In this document: one piece after another, positions 28,246-43,269 of the stretch | Layout of the letters: each line of letters starts with the position of its first letter | Numbering within the stretch: position 1 is the stretch's first letter | DNA from: the human T2T-CHM13v2.0 reference genome, Homo sapiens | NCBI RefSeq assembly: GCF_009914755.1 | Contig: NC_060938.1 | DNA length: 64,000 nt | Reading direction: 5' to 3' (one strand) | Notes under the pieces: generated by a model | The model's database searches: none | The model's input: the letters and a program-made list of their open reading frames with translations, nothing else | What the model was told of the DNA's origin: nothing | Position numbers and translations under genes: made by a program

Positions 28246-28509
28246 AGCCAATCAATGCAGCAGCTGAGAAGAAATCAATATAGACAGGTCTTGTGTGTTC
28301 AGCAATTAGGCAAAGGAATAAAGAATAATAGTCACTGTCATTCAGCACCAACCACCAGATAGAGAAATCACATAATGCGGGGCCAAAGTGCTCCTAGACT
28401 TCTAAGAGGACATTCATCTGGCTTTGATGAATATTTCTGTCCCTAGTGCATACTGGTCCTTATTAACAGAGGTAACAAAGAAAATCCATCTAGGGGCAGG
28501 ACCTATCCT

Positions 28510-28650
28510 TCTTCATTCAACAAACATTTAGTGAGTAATTACCACAACCTGGGCTCTGTGTAGGCTTGGAGATCACAGGCATTTCAGATATATTCAAAGA
28601 AAAAATTGTCTCGTTGAGGAGAAAGACAAGGAAAACAGGTAACCAACTAC
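28510..28650 (-). mobile_element. L2 3' fragment
   Basis: ttcattcaacaaacatttagtgagt. Confidence 0.65.
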
Positions 28651-29219
28651 ACAAAATTAAGACTCTGAAGTTGCTGCTTCACAGCAGCAGAAGGGGCAAG
28701 TACAGTTTAATCTTTCAGAGGCTGGTGATCAGGAGATACTTACTCTATTAAGCCTACCCTTGAAATGTAATTAAAAAAATTAATTAAGTCTGCCTGCATG
28801 GATTATGCAGGTAGATCTGCTTCAAGAAAAAGCCATGCAACATTTCAATAAGCTGTTAGCTCTGTGTGAGTGACCTAGAACATATGCCTGCTCCAGCCTC
28901 TGCTTCCACCTGGGTTCTGTGCAATGGGTGTGCCCTGAATTGCTTCAGCCGACGGAGACAGACAGCCCCCAATCCAAGGTGGAAAGCAGAGAATACTCTG
29001 CAGGGAACCATTTCTGCAAAGAACCTGAACCCTTGTAGAAGAGCAAGAAAAAATAAACGGTCATTGAGACACCACAGGAAAGAGGTGTCTGAGGCAAAGA
29101 GGTACTCTTCAAACGTCCATTTGGTACTAAGTGTTCTTGAAGTGGGAGAAGTAGGCAGAAAACTACTTTAAAAATGTTCATCCCCACCTACGTACAGAAG
29201 TTCACTGAAGTGGGAAGGA

Positions 29220-29520
29220 ACAGGCCTGAGGTTACAAACGGAAAGTTTTGCAAGAATAAGTTTTCTTGGCTCATGTATATTTCTAAAAATATATACTTCA
29301 TGTAAAACATATTTCCAGTTTCTCTTGAAAACTGGGAAGACCTGGCAACATTAGGCTCGCACCCCCCACCATCTCTACAACCTCCAAATCACCAGACCCC
29401 ACTACTCCCTATTCCACCATCCAAACTGAGGCTGCCTCTCAGGTGACCATCATCCAGATTGTTCTATTTTTCTAATAACTGGCCTGTTTACTAATTCATT
29501 ACTGTCTGGTTACTGAGGAT
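29220..29520. mobile_element. MER102-like hAT-Charlie element
   Basis: ttccagtttctcttgaaaactgggaagacctggcaacatt. Confidence 0.5.
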
Positions 29521-30570
29521 ACAGAAGCTGGTGTAGATACTAAATTAATTAGCATGATTGGGAAAGTTGTAAGAATATATTTTCAGAAAGGTAAAGCACA
29601 GTTTAAAAATAAAAAAGTACTGCCCAATGGGGCAGTAAAGCAGAGATCAAGAAATCGTCACAGCGATTTGGGGGAACTGAACTAAGGGCATCAAAATAAA
29701 CAAAAAACAAGCCAAATATTCATATCACATAGTCATCTTAGAATTTTATAAAGACTTTATATTCTATCCCTCTCCCAATATGCCAGCTGCTCTGATAAAG
29801 TGCCACAAAGCAGGCTCTGAAGAAACAAATACCAAGAATGTGAAATGTGTGTTTGTGGGGAGGGGGATGGCAGTATGGTGCACGCCTAATGTATGAAGGT
29901 GAGGACTGTCTTCATGCTTAATTAAGATCCTCCAATTAACCTATTTCCCAGCATCTGGCCTCAGAATGCAAGCAAGGAGGCTGCCCATCACGAGTGTGGG
30001 CTCTGTTCTACTAGACAGAGCATATGTTGAGCCAGTGACCCAGGTATGACGTGTCTTTCTCACAGACAGACTGGGAGGTGTAGCCTTCTGCCCTTTCTTA
30101 CATGAGTATTAAGATACGCCTCACCTTTATACGTTAAGCATGTACTGTGGTTACATGTGCCATGTAGTCCATGGGTTGCAGAATGGTTCAAATGGATCGT
30201 GACAGAACTAGAATTGTGACAGAGATCATTGAGAATTGTGGCTTCAGATGGAGACAATGGTTTTTAAATGGTCCCACAGTCAGCAAGAGCTGACTATGAC
30301 TTTGGACACTTCCTGTTGGGGAAAGGTTAAGTGAATATGTGGTTTTACCTATAAGGATTGGCTTACATTGGAAGAGGAGATCTTTAGAACTGTGTGTAGG
30401 AAATGAGTTACGAGCCAGGCCGGGGAAGGGTCATGCCTCAGAATGTCTTGCTTCTCATCACTTTGTGCTTCTGAAGGAAGCTTCCAACTTCCTGATCTTA
30501 TGCACCACATGGGTATGCTTCCCTGTTCCAAGCTGAGTAGGATGGGGAGAGTTGAGAAAGGCCCGACTTA

Positions 30571-30922
<352 letters not shown>

Positions 30923-31094
30923 GATAAGCTGGGTCAATTAGATCCTGAAAGAAAACAGAGCAATTAGTAGTGGGAGCTGAAGCTTTAAGGTCAGTTATGC
31001 AGAAAGAGGCTGAGAGAAGAAGGTTGATCACATACAAGCAAATGCCACAAAGAAAACTGGTCTGTAGGTTGAGGAAAGGGTGATGCAGATATGC

Positions 31095-31450
31095 AGAGAG
31101 AAGAGGAGGGAGAGAGAGGAAGAGGCAGAGAGGGGACAGGGAGAGGGAAGGGAGGGGAGAGGATGGAGGAGAGAGCAGAGGAGGAGAGAGCAGAGAGAGA
31201 AGAAAGGAGAGAGAGCATGAGAAAGGAGGAGAAGAGAAAAAGGAGAGTAGGAGGAGAGAGAAAGAGAAGAGAGACAGAAGAGAGAGGAGAGCAGACAGAA
31301 GACAGAGGAGAGGCAGCAGAGGAGAGAAGAGGAAAGCAGAGAGGGGGAAGAGAGAGGAGAAGGAGATGAGTGAGAGAAGGAGGAGGAAGAGAAAGAGGAG
31401 GAGAAGAGCAGAGAGAGAGGAGGAGGAGGAGGAGAGAGGAGAAAAGGAAG
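31095..31450. repeat. ~355-bp GA-rich low-complexity purine tract
   Basis: Almost purely A/G on plus strand with recurring GGAGAGAG(C)AGA units. Confidence 0.97.
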
Positions 31451-32725
31451 CATCCAGAACTTCTGCTCATCTAGTCATCCCCACTTCCAGTACATATGCA
31501 GGCTTATGAAAAACTCTTCTTTTCCTAAAGTAATTGGAATGACCTGCTATTACTTGCAACCAAAAGAACCAACAAAAGCAATGAATATTGTCAAAAAATT
31601 AAAATCTGCAAGTATGTGTCTTACTTTCTTTATTAATACAGTAGGCCTAACAGCTGCCCCAATCAGTTTATACAGGTCATTGAGAGAATGCAGATTAATG
31701 CGAATGTGTAATATGATGTTGTTAAGAGGTGTGGATAGTAAAATGACAGCCAATTCAGAGTCTTAAATACACAGAGAACTTTCATTGCCTGTTAGATGCT
31801 CAGTTCACTGAGCTTTTATCATCCCCAAGAGCAATATAAATCCAGTCAAAAGACATATTAATGCAAGATGACTTTTGTCTTTTACATAAGGGGAAAATCA
31901 ACCAATTCAAGGTTATGATTCCCACAAATTCAAACCACACTAAATATGTCATCTAACAAAAGAAAGAAAAGGAAAGAATGCCTAGAAGACAAACTTTGGT
32001 GACAGATAAGTACATCTCTCAGAACTGCCTTTTCTCCATGACTGCACAGCCTGGAGGGCTTGCTTCTCACACAGGAATTCTGACTAGAGAGCGGTAGACG
32101 GCCCACCAAGCCTCACAGCCCCTACATCCACTCCCAGCTTGCATGTGGCAATATGGAACCCAGACACCTGGTGGCCCTCCTCCTAATACGACCATTCTCC
32201 TTCCTGCTGCTTCTCCCTGGGCTGGGCTACGTGCCACTCTTTTGCTCAACATTCCAACAGCTTTATCACTGTGCCAAGCACATTGTAGGGAACTGCAAGA
32301 TTCTTCTTACCGGTCTGTTTTTCCAACCAGATTCTGAGCTACCGAAGAAACCCCAGCACCTAGCACAATAGCTAGGAAATAGCTCCATATTATGGAGCTG
32401 AAAAAGCATGTCTTCAATGCATAGATCCATCTTCCCCATCTTGTTCCACTTTCCTGGCCCTAGCCTTTCCTTTTAAAGGTACTACTTAGTCCCATAGTCA
32501 CACTGAAAGAGACTGCTCTAACTACCCATGAGCTTTGCTTTCCCTTGGCTCTGCTGCCTCCTTACCACAAACAAGACCATGACCAATGCTGCAAAGGCAC
32601 AGTCTACACTCCACATGGTCTCTAAATATCTCAAACAAATTTGAAGAAAAAATAAGTAGGAAAAAAAAAGGTCAAAGACACAAACTTACCAGCCGACATA
32701 AAACACCTAATGCAGGACCATAATC

Positions 32726-32927
32726 CAGGGGTCAGCAAATATAAAGGACCACTTAGTAAACATTTTAAGCTTTGCAGACCAGAGTTGGTATAGCTACTCA
32801 ACTCTGCTGTGACAGTGTGAAAGCTGTCATAGACAAGACATAAATGAATGGACGTCACTGCGTTCTAGTAAAATTTTGTTTATAAAAACAAGTGGCCGAC
32901 CCACAAGCTGGAGTTTGCTGACCCCTG
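32726..32927. mobile_element. MER58A hAT-Charlie MITE
   Basis: Terminal inverted repeats (TIRs) CAGGGGTCAGCAAA / TTTGCTGACCCCTG; internal ctactcaactctgc...gaaagctgtcatagac. Confidence 0.9.
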
Positions 32928-33129
32928 GATTAATGTAATGCAATAAGCACCAATCAAGAACATATGTATGTGCGAAACATCAATGCTAGCTGCTGAGGCA
33001 TATACAGCACAGCATCCCAGCCCTATATGATACTAGAGGAGAATCAACCATAAGTAACTCTGAAAAACAGGCAGACTTGATGAGTATGATAACAGAAGCA
33101 CAAACAACACTGAACAGTCAACTTTAGAG

Positions 33130-33828
33130 CATCTGAACTGTTGACCATGACCACTTCTTCTAACATTCTTCCCTAGTTCTGGGACTCCACACACTCCGGT
33201 TTTCTTCCAACATCTCTGATCACTCTTTCACAGTTGCTGCTTGGAACTTTTCTCCACTGCTTGTATTCTTTCCTAAAATGTTGTTATGCCTCTTGGATCT
33301 AGCTTATGATCTCTTCTCTTTGCACTCTGTAGTCTCCTTTGGTGATCTCAGTCATTTCTAAGACTTCAAGTACCACCTACAGGCTGAAAACACATCACAT
33401 CTATACCTTCAGCCCACATGTTCAGAATGAATTTCCACCTAGATGAGCCACAGGCACATCAAACTGAGTAGGTCCAAAACTGAATGAATCATCTTCCTCG
33501 AAACGGTTTCCAGTCCTATGTTCCTATCTCAGTAAACAGCACCACTATGCACCTAAATAAAAACTCAAGCTTTCTCAATCCCTCTCCCTCCTTTATTCTC
33601 ACTGATCCCCATCCCTCACAGGAAATTACCAATTCTGTTCAACTCTACTTTCTAAATCCCTCCACATCTACCCGCTTCTCTTTCTTGCCATTGCTCTAAA
33701 TCAAGATGCCATCATCTTCTGCCTAGATTACTACCAACATCCTCTGTACAATGAACCAGTGCCCAGTTTTGCCTCCTTCCAACCCACTTCCCACAGTACA
33801 TAGGTAGAGTTACTTTTCTGAAATGCCT
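33130..33828 (+). mobile_element. L2 fragment
   Basis: actgttgaccat...ggtgatctcagtcatttc...ttcaagtaccacctac...ccaaaactgaatgaatc. Confidence 0.8.
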
Positions 33829-33829
33829 G

Positions 33830-34460
33830 GGGTAGATTATTTTCCAGCAGTCTGTCAGCCCAAGCCCACCCTCTGTATTCTGCTTTATGATATTGGGACT
33901 AGAAGTCTTCAAACCACATTTCCCAGACTCTTTTGCAACTGGAAGGCAGAGGTGGAGAGAAGAAACTCTCTTCCTGTTTTCCAGCTCCTGTCAGCCTGTA
34001 CAGTAGCAGACAGCACCAGCTGCCCATGCTTTAAGTACTCTGTGTACCAGCCTTGGACCCTCCCTTGATAGTCTGAGTACCAGCAAGAAGGCAATCCTCC
34101 CCCAGAGATCCAAGTACCTCCTTAGCAATCAGCACATCAGCTCTGTGGTAGCCCCTATGAGTTTTCTTGGTTTAGCTAACATCACCCACTCCCTCTTGTC
34201 CCTCCCAGCTGCAGGGATGGCAGCTGCTTCCTGGAGTTACCAGTCTCTCTCTATGTATAGCCTCTGCTTCCACTATTTACATTTTCAGCCATCAAATATC
34301 CCAGGTCCCCAGTTCCCTATGTTAAATCACCTCAGGTAGTATCTGAAATACATACTTTGCTTCTCTCTTCTGACTGGACCCTGACTCATGAAGTACTTGG
34401 TACCAGGAGTAGTTCTGAAGAAAGAGACTCTAAAAATGGGATTGTGGGATTGATTTCTTA
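33830..34460 (+). mobile_element. ERVL LTR (LTR33-like) followed by tRNA-Leu primer-binding site (PBS) and short internal stub
   Basis: tctgtcagcccaagcccaccctc...cacatttcccagactc...ttctgactggaccctgact then TGGTACCAGGAGT at 34398-34410. Confidence 0.7.
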
Positions 34461-34929
34461 CCTCCGACCTTTAACGGTGATGACCTTCTTGCCTCCATCT
34501 AATACATTCTGTACATGGCATCTACTGTGATTTTTCTAGAATGTCTGTCATCAACTTAATAGCTCACTAATGCCATCAGGAGAGTGGGTTTGATAAGGCT
34601 CTCAGGGTCCTAGAGCCACTATTTCTCTAACTTTTGTTCTTGACACTACTTCCTTCTCCCTCATGCACCAAGCTCAAACCACTCTGAATTTCCTTTCCAC
34701 TCTTTCAATCCCTTCACAAAGCTATTTCCCCAGCCTTGTATATTGCCCCTAACCATCTCTGCTCCTCCAGTTAACTACTACTTGGCTTAGATAGCACTTT
34801 CTCCAAGAAGTCTTTCCAGATGTGTATCCAGCCTGAACTTCTTCCATTGTAGCAGTAATAATACTACCTGTTAACACTGTGTAGTTGCCCAATACTCCCC
34901 CATGAATCCATGAATTCTAGAAAGGCAGG

Positions 34930-35613
<684 letters not shown>

Positions 35614-36825
35614 GCAGGAACTATGTTTATCTTGCTCACAGTTTTAATTCCACAGAGCAAGTGCTCAATAATAGTTTTTTTTTTGCATGAATGGATGAAC
35701 CCATAAATGAGAATGTATAGATTAATTCCTACTAGGGAGATTTGGAAATACTTCTTAAAGAAGGTGGGATTTTTTGCAGTGAGCCACTAGACCCAATCTT
35801 CAGCACAGCAGAAATTTTAAAGAAAATAGCATTATTCTTACCTTCTATGGACTTCCTAACAAAACTGGTAAAAATATTTTTCTTTTAAGGGTATCCAAAT
35901 TATCCTAGCTCCTAGAAAATAAACTTCTTGGAAATAAAACTTCTATCTCTGGGATTCATTCATGGGCCAAGCACATGAACAAAAAAAACTACCTTAGAAA
36001 CATAGTAACTAAATACCCTTGAATGTTTACCAGCCCATATCTTTCCCTTTTAGAGGACTAGTCTAATTCAATGTCTGTTCTAAAGTAAGCTGTGTACTGA
36101 GATCCCAGTAAACTTACTTTATTACTGTCTTTTCACAAACCTTACACACCAGATTTTAGAAACTGTATATTACAAATCTGAACACTGCTTTCAGAACTCA
36201 AATGGAAAGAAAAGTGCATCAATTAGGTAAAAATCTTTATGTTGATCTATATATGTAGATTTACTATATAAATTGTAGAGGGGATTCCATATTTGGAACT
36301 CATTCTCCCCCTCCCCACCCCAAGTAGTTGAAATAATAAAAGAAATGGCTGAATTTTCTTGTAGTTTTATAACTTCATGGGTAAAAGTAATAAACCTACA
36401 TATATTTTGTTGATCAAAATATAATGTATACCTTCCATACATTAAATGTACTTATGAATTGAATTCTAGACAAAAGCTCCTAGATTAATTTTTTAATGCT
36501 TCTTGGCTATTTACTATACTTATTTGTGCTGAGTAGATCATAACGTTTTGTGGCTCAAGGTTTTAGTCCTTAGGAATTTCTTCCTCACACCAAATTCCTT
36601 GGTAAACTTGCAACTGTCAACCTAACTGGGCTTCCTATACCTGAACCTCTCAGCTTTGTTCTCCTCTGCTATTGCCCTAGAAGCTCATTAAAAACAATAA
36701 TTCACAAAATCACTTCTCCAGTAAGTTTCAGTTAAATTTCAACTGTCTTATTCTTGACATCACACAGGGCCTCTTTGCTTCTCTCCTTAAAAAAAATAAA
36801 AAATTAAAAATAAAATTAAAAAAAA

Positions 36826-37235
<410 letters not shown>

Positions 37236-37274
37236 CTAAAGAAAGAAAGGGAAAAAAGTAAAAGCATATGACGC

Positions 37275-37430
37275 CACTAATCTAGTTCAACCTCTCATTT
37301 TACAGATTAAGTAACTGACGTCCAGAGGGAAAGTGACTTTATGGAGATTCACACAGCATGCATATGTCAGACTCAGGAAGGGGCAATTTCCTGACTCACA
37401 GGCCAGAATCCTGTCTTCTCTTTTCTATGT
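37275..37430 (-). mobile_element. MIR
   Basis: ctcattttacagattaagtaactgac...tcacacagc. Confidence 0.65.
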
Positions 37431-37549
37431 GCGTAGCCCTCACCATTTCCCCAACAACAACACTCACATACGCAGGTGCTCATGAACTGAAGCCAAGTCA
37501 ACCTTCTTGTACTTCCAAAACTCAAACCTGACACCATCATCCAGGCCTT

Positions 37550-37880
37550 TACTCTCTCATGCTCCCTCTGCCATCTATTCAACCATCAAATACCAAATCA
37601 AGCATCACATTTTTCAAGGTTCAGTTCAAACCTCTTCTATGGCAGCTTTCTTATTCTCTTTCATGCCCAATTCCTACTCAATCAAACGAATCCTTATTCC
37701 TACTGAATATTTTGCAACTTCTATCAGTACCCATGGATACTACTGTATGTATTTGTTTCCCTGTGTTTATTGACTAAGCCATAAACTCCTAGTGCTCAGT
37801 ATCAAGTCTTATCATGCACCTTTGTATCCCCAATCCAGAGCTAAGCGCCCTACTCCTAAAGAGCACTGAATAAGTATTTT
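37550..37880 (+). mobile_element. L2 3' fragment
   Basis: tcaaggttcagttcaaacctc...ctttgtatcccca...aataagtattt. Confidence 0.65.
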
Positions 37881-37884
37881 AAAA

Positions 37885-38520
37885 TATTTATAATTCTTTT
37901 GGTTATATAAGCAATACAAAAATGCACAAAGTAGAAAATAAAAGGCTGCTGTAAATCCACCCTTCAGAGATAACTATTGTTAACAGCATGCCGTACAATC
38001 TCCTAGACTTCTTCCTATGAATATATAATTCACACATATGGAAAATTCAATGGAACATTATTAAGTACAACTTTTCTTTTTACCTGAAAAAATTATATAT
38101 ATTATATAGCTTGTGTGTATATAAAAAGAGAGAACATATCCTATTTTTAAAAACTATATTTCTTTATACAAATATGTCATATTTTACTTGACCATTTTCC
38201 TATTAGTGGATATTCACACTCTTTCCAATTTTTCAATGGTAAAAAATATAACCACCATTGTGCATCTGTGCAAATATTCTTGTAGAAGTTGTTAGAAATT
38301 GATACATATTTAAAATGTTGATAGATATGTCCAATATTCTTCCAAAATGTACTAATTTTAATTAACCCTCTACCCCTAGTGTGTAAGACTGCATTTTTTC
38401 TGTCCAATACTAGGTATTATCAGTTGTACTAGTTGTTGCCAATCTGATAAATGAAAAATGGCATGTTATTAAAATGTGCATTTCTTGGGTTATTATGTTG
38501 ATTGTCTTTGTATATGGTTG
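37885..38520 (-). mobile_element. Old L1ME-like fragment
   Basis: cagagataactattgttaacagc...ttgccaatctgataaatgaaaaatggcat. Confidence 0.7.
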
Positions 38521-39282
38521 TCTAGGAAGTGGGAAGGGGTTATTTTAAGCAAAAAAGTAATTTTTTCAATAAAGTCAAAATAATATATTCTTACGCATAT
38601 ATTCTTATGCATTAATTAGAGATGAAAAGTCTGAACTTCGGTGTTTTTGTTTACTGGCTGAGCTAAAGATTACAGAAATATTGGAAATAAAAGAAAAACT
38701 GCCCACTGATAGCTGGAGAAATCTCAGATCAAGTTCAGGGAATAACAAAAGCTCTTTCAATCAAATTACATGTTACTAGAGAATGACTACTACTTGAATA
38801 GAGAGCATGACCTCTTGTGTAGGACTCTTTTACAGGAGGTAAAAAAAACAAAGCTCAGCTACTTTGGCCCAACTGTTAGAACTCATAAATTTGTACATAT
38901 CAATCTGAATTTACTGAACACCTACCGCAGGCTTGGCAGACACTGAAGATGTAAGTGTTACTACGATCCAGGCCCTAACCTAGAGGAAGTTGCCTTTTTT
39001 GTGTTTGTTTTGAAAGGAAACTATTTGGGTAATATTATTTTACCATACATAAAAACTTCAATGAATTCTCCTTAAAAAATCAATAGTCTGTCTTCAATAT
39101 TCAAGGGATAAAAAGCTAAACCTTGGCCATTTCCAAGAAATTGACAAAAATACTATTCTTATGGGAGAAAATAATGCCTTCAACCTTAACTACGTATATT
39201 CCTTGCTCTCAAACCAGTGAACACATATCCCTTCAAGTTACGTATTATATACATATATACATACATTTTTATAATTAATATA

Positions 39283-39431
39283 CAGATGCTGAACTTACAA
39301 TGAAGTTATGGTCCAATAAACCAACTGTAAGTTAAAAATACAGTAAGTTGAACATGCATTTAACACCCCAATAAACCCATTGTACAGCTGAAAAACTGTT
39401 AGTCAAACCATCATAAGTCAGGGATTGTCTG
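39283..39431. mobile_element. MER6B-like TcMar-Tigger MITE
   Basis: cagatgct..acttacaatg...aataaaccc...cataagtcagggattgtctg. Confidence 0.8.
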
Positions 39432-39464
39432 TGTACATTCCTCACTATACCATAATACCCCAAA

Positions 39465-39660
39465 AAACCACCCTTAGGCGTATCTTATTCAGACTGCAGA
39501 AAACCAAGAAGGAAGTGAAAATCTATAAAGAAGCCAGAAGGAAAAGAATATCCTACTTACAGAGGAACACGAGAGCAATTGACAGCAGAGTGCTCACCAG
39601 AAACCATGCAAGTAAGAGAAGCATGGAGTGCGATCTTCAGAGTGCTGAAAGAAAAGAACT
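39465..39660 (+). mobile_element. L1M ORF1 fragment (RRM/CTD region)
   Basis: ORF 39425-39709 KTTLRRILFRLQKTKKEVKIYKEARRKR resembles L1 ORF1p TPRHIIIKL..KEKILKAAREK. Confidence 0.75.
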
Positions 39661-40293
39661 TTTTCATTCAAACCAACAACATGTATTGATTGTCCATGCT
39701 ATTATCTAGGATATAAAAAAAGATAGACTAAAACATGAATGCTGCTCTAAAGAAGCTCACAGATGGGCTATGAAAGAAACTGTAATGGGATGGCGTATTA
39801 TGTGACATTAGCAGATATGAATACAATGTTACGGGAATCCAAAGGGATTAGGTCTGATGTGTGGGTAGAATGGTCACAGGAGGTGACATCTGAAGACTAT
39901 AGAAGGTACAACTTTTTGGGGGTGCCACTACCCCCAAAAGACTTCAGTTTAAAAACAGAGGATTATAGCTGAAAGAGTTGCAATATATAGACAGTCTCCT
40001 CGGAGCAGTATCAGAAAAGCCCAAAGCCCAGAGGGGAGACAAAAACAAGTTCACAGGAGTAAACTGAAGCCTCTAATACCTCTAGCTACAACAAATCATA
40101 AACACAACACAGATCCTAGCAGGAAGAATAGTGTTATGTGCCCGTGTCTGTAAGGACAACACTGATTTAGCTATTTGGACAAAGATGCTAATATGTTAGG
40201 TTGTTTTGGTTACAAATTATACGAGTTTTTCCGCTTATAATCCCTGGGGACATCACCATATTGGCCTGAGATAATTTATTTAAAGTTTTGTAG

Positions 40294-40605
<312 letters not shown>

Positions 40606-40671
40606 TTTTTTTTTTTTTGAAATGTTAGGACTGGGTTAGGCTCTGGCAGTTTATAGTCTATGATTTGCCAA

Positions 40672-41330
40672 TGGCTGGGACTTGGAAAACAATACCCCAA
40701 AATGAAGGCCTCAGAAGCAAAAGTTTCTCTGTGACCTCCTCCTGCCCTCCTGTCTTCTGGTCCCATTCTGCCCCTAGGCTAGCCATAGAAACTGAAATTT
40801 CTCTTCCCTACGGGAAGTCATTAAAACCAGAACCTTCTTCCCTACAGCCACCCAAAAAACCTATAACTCTAACTTCCCCTCTGCATTTCTGTGTAAAACT
40901 GACCATAAAGAAATTATCTTTAGTCAGTTTTACACAGAAATGCAGAGGGAAAGTTAGAGTTTAACATAGGACACAAGACCCCCATTCCAGAGAGAACCCT
41001 GCCCCACACCGAGAAGGAAGGAATGCATGATCAGAGAGGCCAAGAAGAATCCAGACAGCCAGGCCTTGCTGAGTTTCCCTACTCAACCTGTTAGCATTAG
41101 ATCTTACCCTTTTTGTCCAGTTTTATTTTACTACAGCTGTCCATACTTTGTTGAACCTAAGCACAGAAATGGACAATTTCCCCTCTATCTTTGGGTCTTC
41201 ATTTGGAAGGCTCCTGCTTGTTCACGATAAATAAACTTGGATGCTTTTTCTCCAATTTATCTGCTTTTGTGAATTGATTTTTCAGTGAACCTTCAGAGGA
41301 AAAAGGGGAAATGTCCCCTTTACCTCTGCA
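40672..41330 (+). mobile_element. MER39-like ERV1 solo LTR
   Basis: gaaaacaataccccaaaatgaaggcctcagaagcaaaag...aataaac...tcagtgaaccttcagagg. Confidence 0.85.
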
Positions 41331-41559
41331 TAACCATGGGAAGAATGTAAAGACGGAGGCTTTTTCTCTTGGAACAACAAATATTTGAATGTCTGTCTTT
41401 TTGCCTCTGCCTTTGATGATTAGATCCTTCTCAACAAGGACTTACTGAGTGATTAATGTGCTGAGTAGAATGCAAGGAGACTTAAGGTCCTTGCCTTAAA
41501 ATAGCTCACCATCTAATGCATAAGACTCACAAGAATTCATACATACAGGGCATTCTGAC

Positions 41560-41768
41560 TATACAGTCCCTGGCATAGATCTCCTAAAACCTGTGGCATT
41601 TCCTGAGTGATAGGAGTAGCTTTTAAAATTCATAACAAATCACTTTCAACCATACCAGAGTTTATGCTAACAAGATGACTCTTTTGGGTCCCTAGATAGC
41701 TTCAGAATAGGGGTTGGTTGCCAGAAGGACCAAGGCATGATTAGAGGGTTGGAACTTTCAGCTCCACC
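41560..41768 (-). mobile_element. MER21-like LTR fragment
   Basis: gagtttatgctaa...tagatagcttcagaatagggg...gattagagggttggaactttcagc. Confidence 0.75.
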
Positions 41769-42030
41769 ATTCTTCATTTCGGTAACTGTGGTTTTTATTT
41801 CTAACATCTTCTTTTGATTCTTTCTTAGAGTTTCAATCTCTCTGCTTATATTACCCATCTGTTCTTGCATGTTGTCTATTTTTTTCCATTAGAACCCTTA
41901 ATGTATCAGAGTTCTTTTAAATTCCTTGTCTGATAATTCCAACATCTGTTTCAAAATCTGGGCTCGATCATTACTTTGTCTCTTCAGACTGTGTTTTTCT
42001 TGCCTTTTGGCATGCCTTGTAATTTTTCTT
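41769..42030 (-). mobile_element. L1M ORF1 coiled-coil fragment
   Basis: ORF 41667-41870 MQEQMGNISREIETLRKNQKKMLEIKTTVTEMKN is typical L1M ORF1p. Confidence 0.85.
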
Positions 42031-42563
42031 GCACATGGGACATGTTTACAGGAAGTGAAGTAAGCAGGCCTTTGGTGTGGCAATTTATTTTTCCATTACA
42101 ATGAATATAATGAGGGCAGACGATAGCATTATCTTCTACAATAAAGCATATTATTCAACTTATCCATAATTATTTCCTATTCAAACATGTACCTTCTCCA
42201 GGTCTTTCATCTAAAATGTATATGTAGAGTCACTAGGCTAGAGTCTCAGGCTATTACTTGCAACATCACTTAAGCCACTATGAAATATGGACACACAACA
42301 CCAGTCAAGGTTAGAAAGGGCATCAATTTACGTATATCATAAACTAGGTGCTTTTCTTGTAACCCAACATATGGATACTTCATGAGGACATTCTCTAAAA
42401 TTATTTCACATAAGTAGATGAGGCTAGATTAATACTTTCAGGATACTATAAGTGAATTAAAATTCAGAAAAAAATTAAATTCTTCACTATTGATCATGAC
42501 AGACTATTTCACAAAAAGGTAATAAACTTCCTACTTCCAACTTTAACAATTTTTTAAAGTTAA

Positions 42564-42901
<338 letters not shown>

Positions 42902-43014
42902 ATTCTTATGACTTTCTAAGTCCTGTTGAAGAAACAGTAATTTCCCCATCTTTGCAAATTTGGTCAAAGTTAAGCAACAAGTCAGCACTGAAATGTTTTT
43001 AAATGTACAGATTC

Positions 43015-43269
43015 TTTTTTTTTTTCTAAGATGGAGTTTCACTCTTGTTGCCCAGGCTGGGCAGGTTCAAGTGATTCTCCTGCCTCAGCCTTCCAAGTAG
43101 CTGGTATTACAGGCGTGTGCCACCACGCCCAGCTAATTTTTGTATTTTTAGTGGAGACGGGGTTTCACCATGTTGGCCAGGTTGGTCTCAAACTCCTGAC
43201 CTCAGGTGATCCACCCGCCTCGGCCTCTCAAAGTGCTGGGATTACAGATGTGAGCCACCGCGGCCGGCC
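43015..43269 (-). mobile_element. AluS with internal deletion in right arm
   Basis: ccaggctgg|gcaggttcaagtg junction; TSD aatgtacagattctt at 43002-43016 and 43271-43285. Confidence 0.95.

Noticed and set aside
30991-31470. Long 159/141/92-aa ORFs
   Set aside because: Artefacts of the GA-rich tract, which lacks stop codons.
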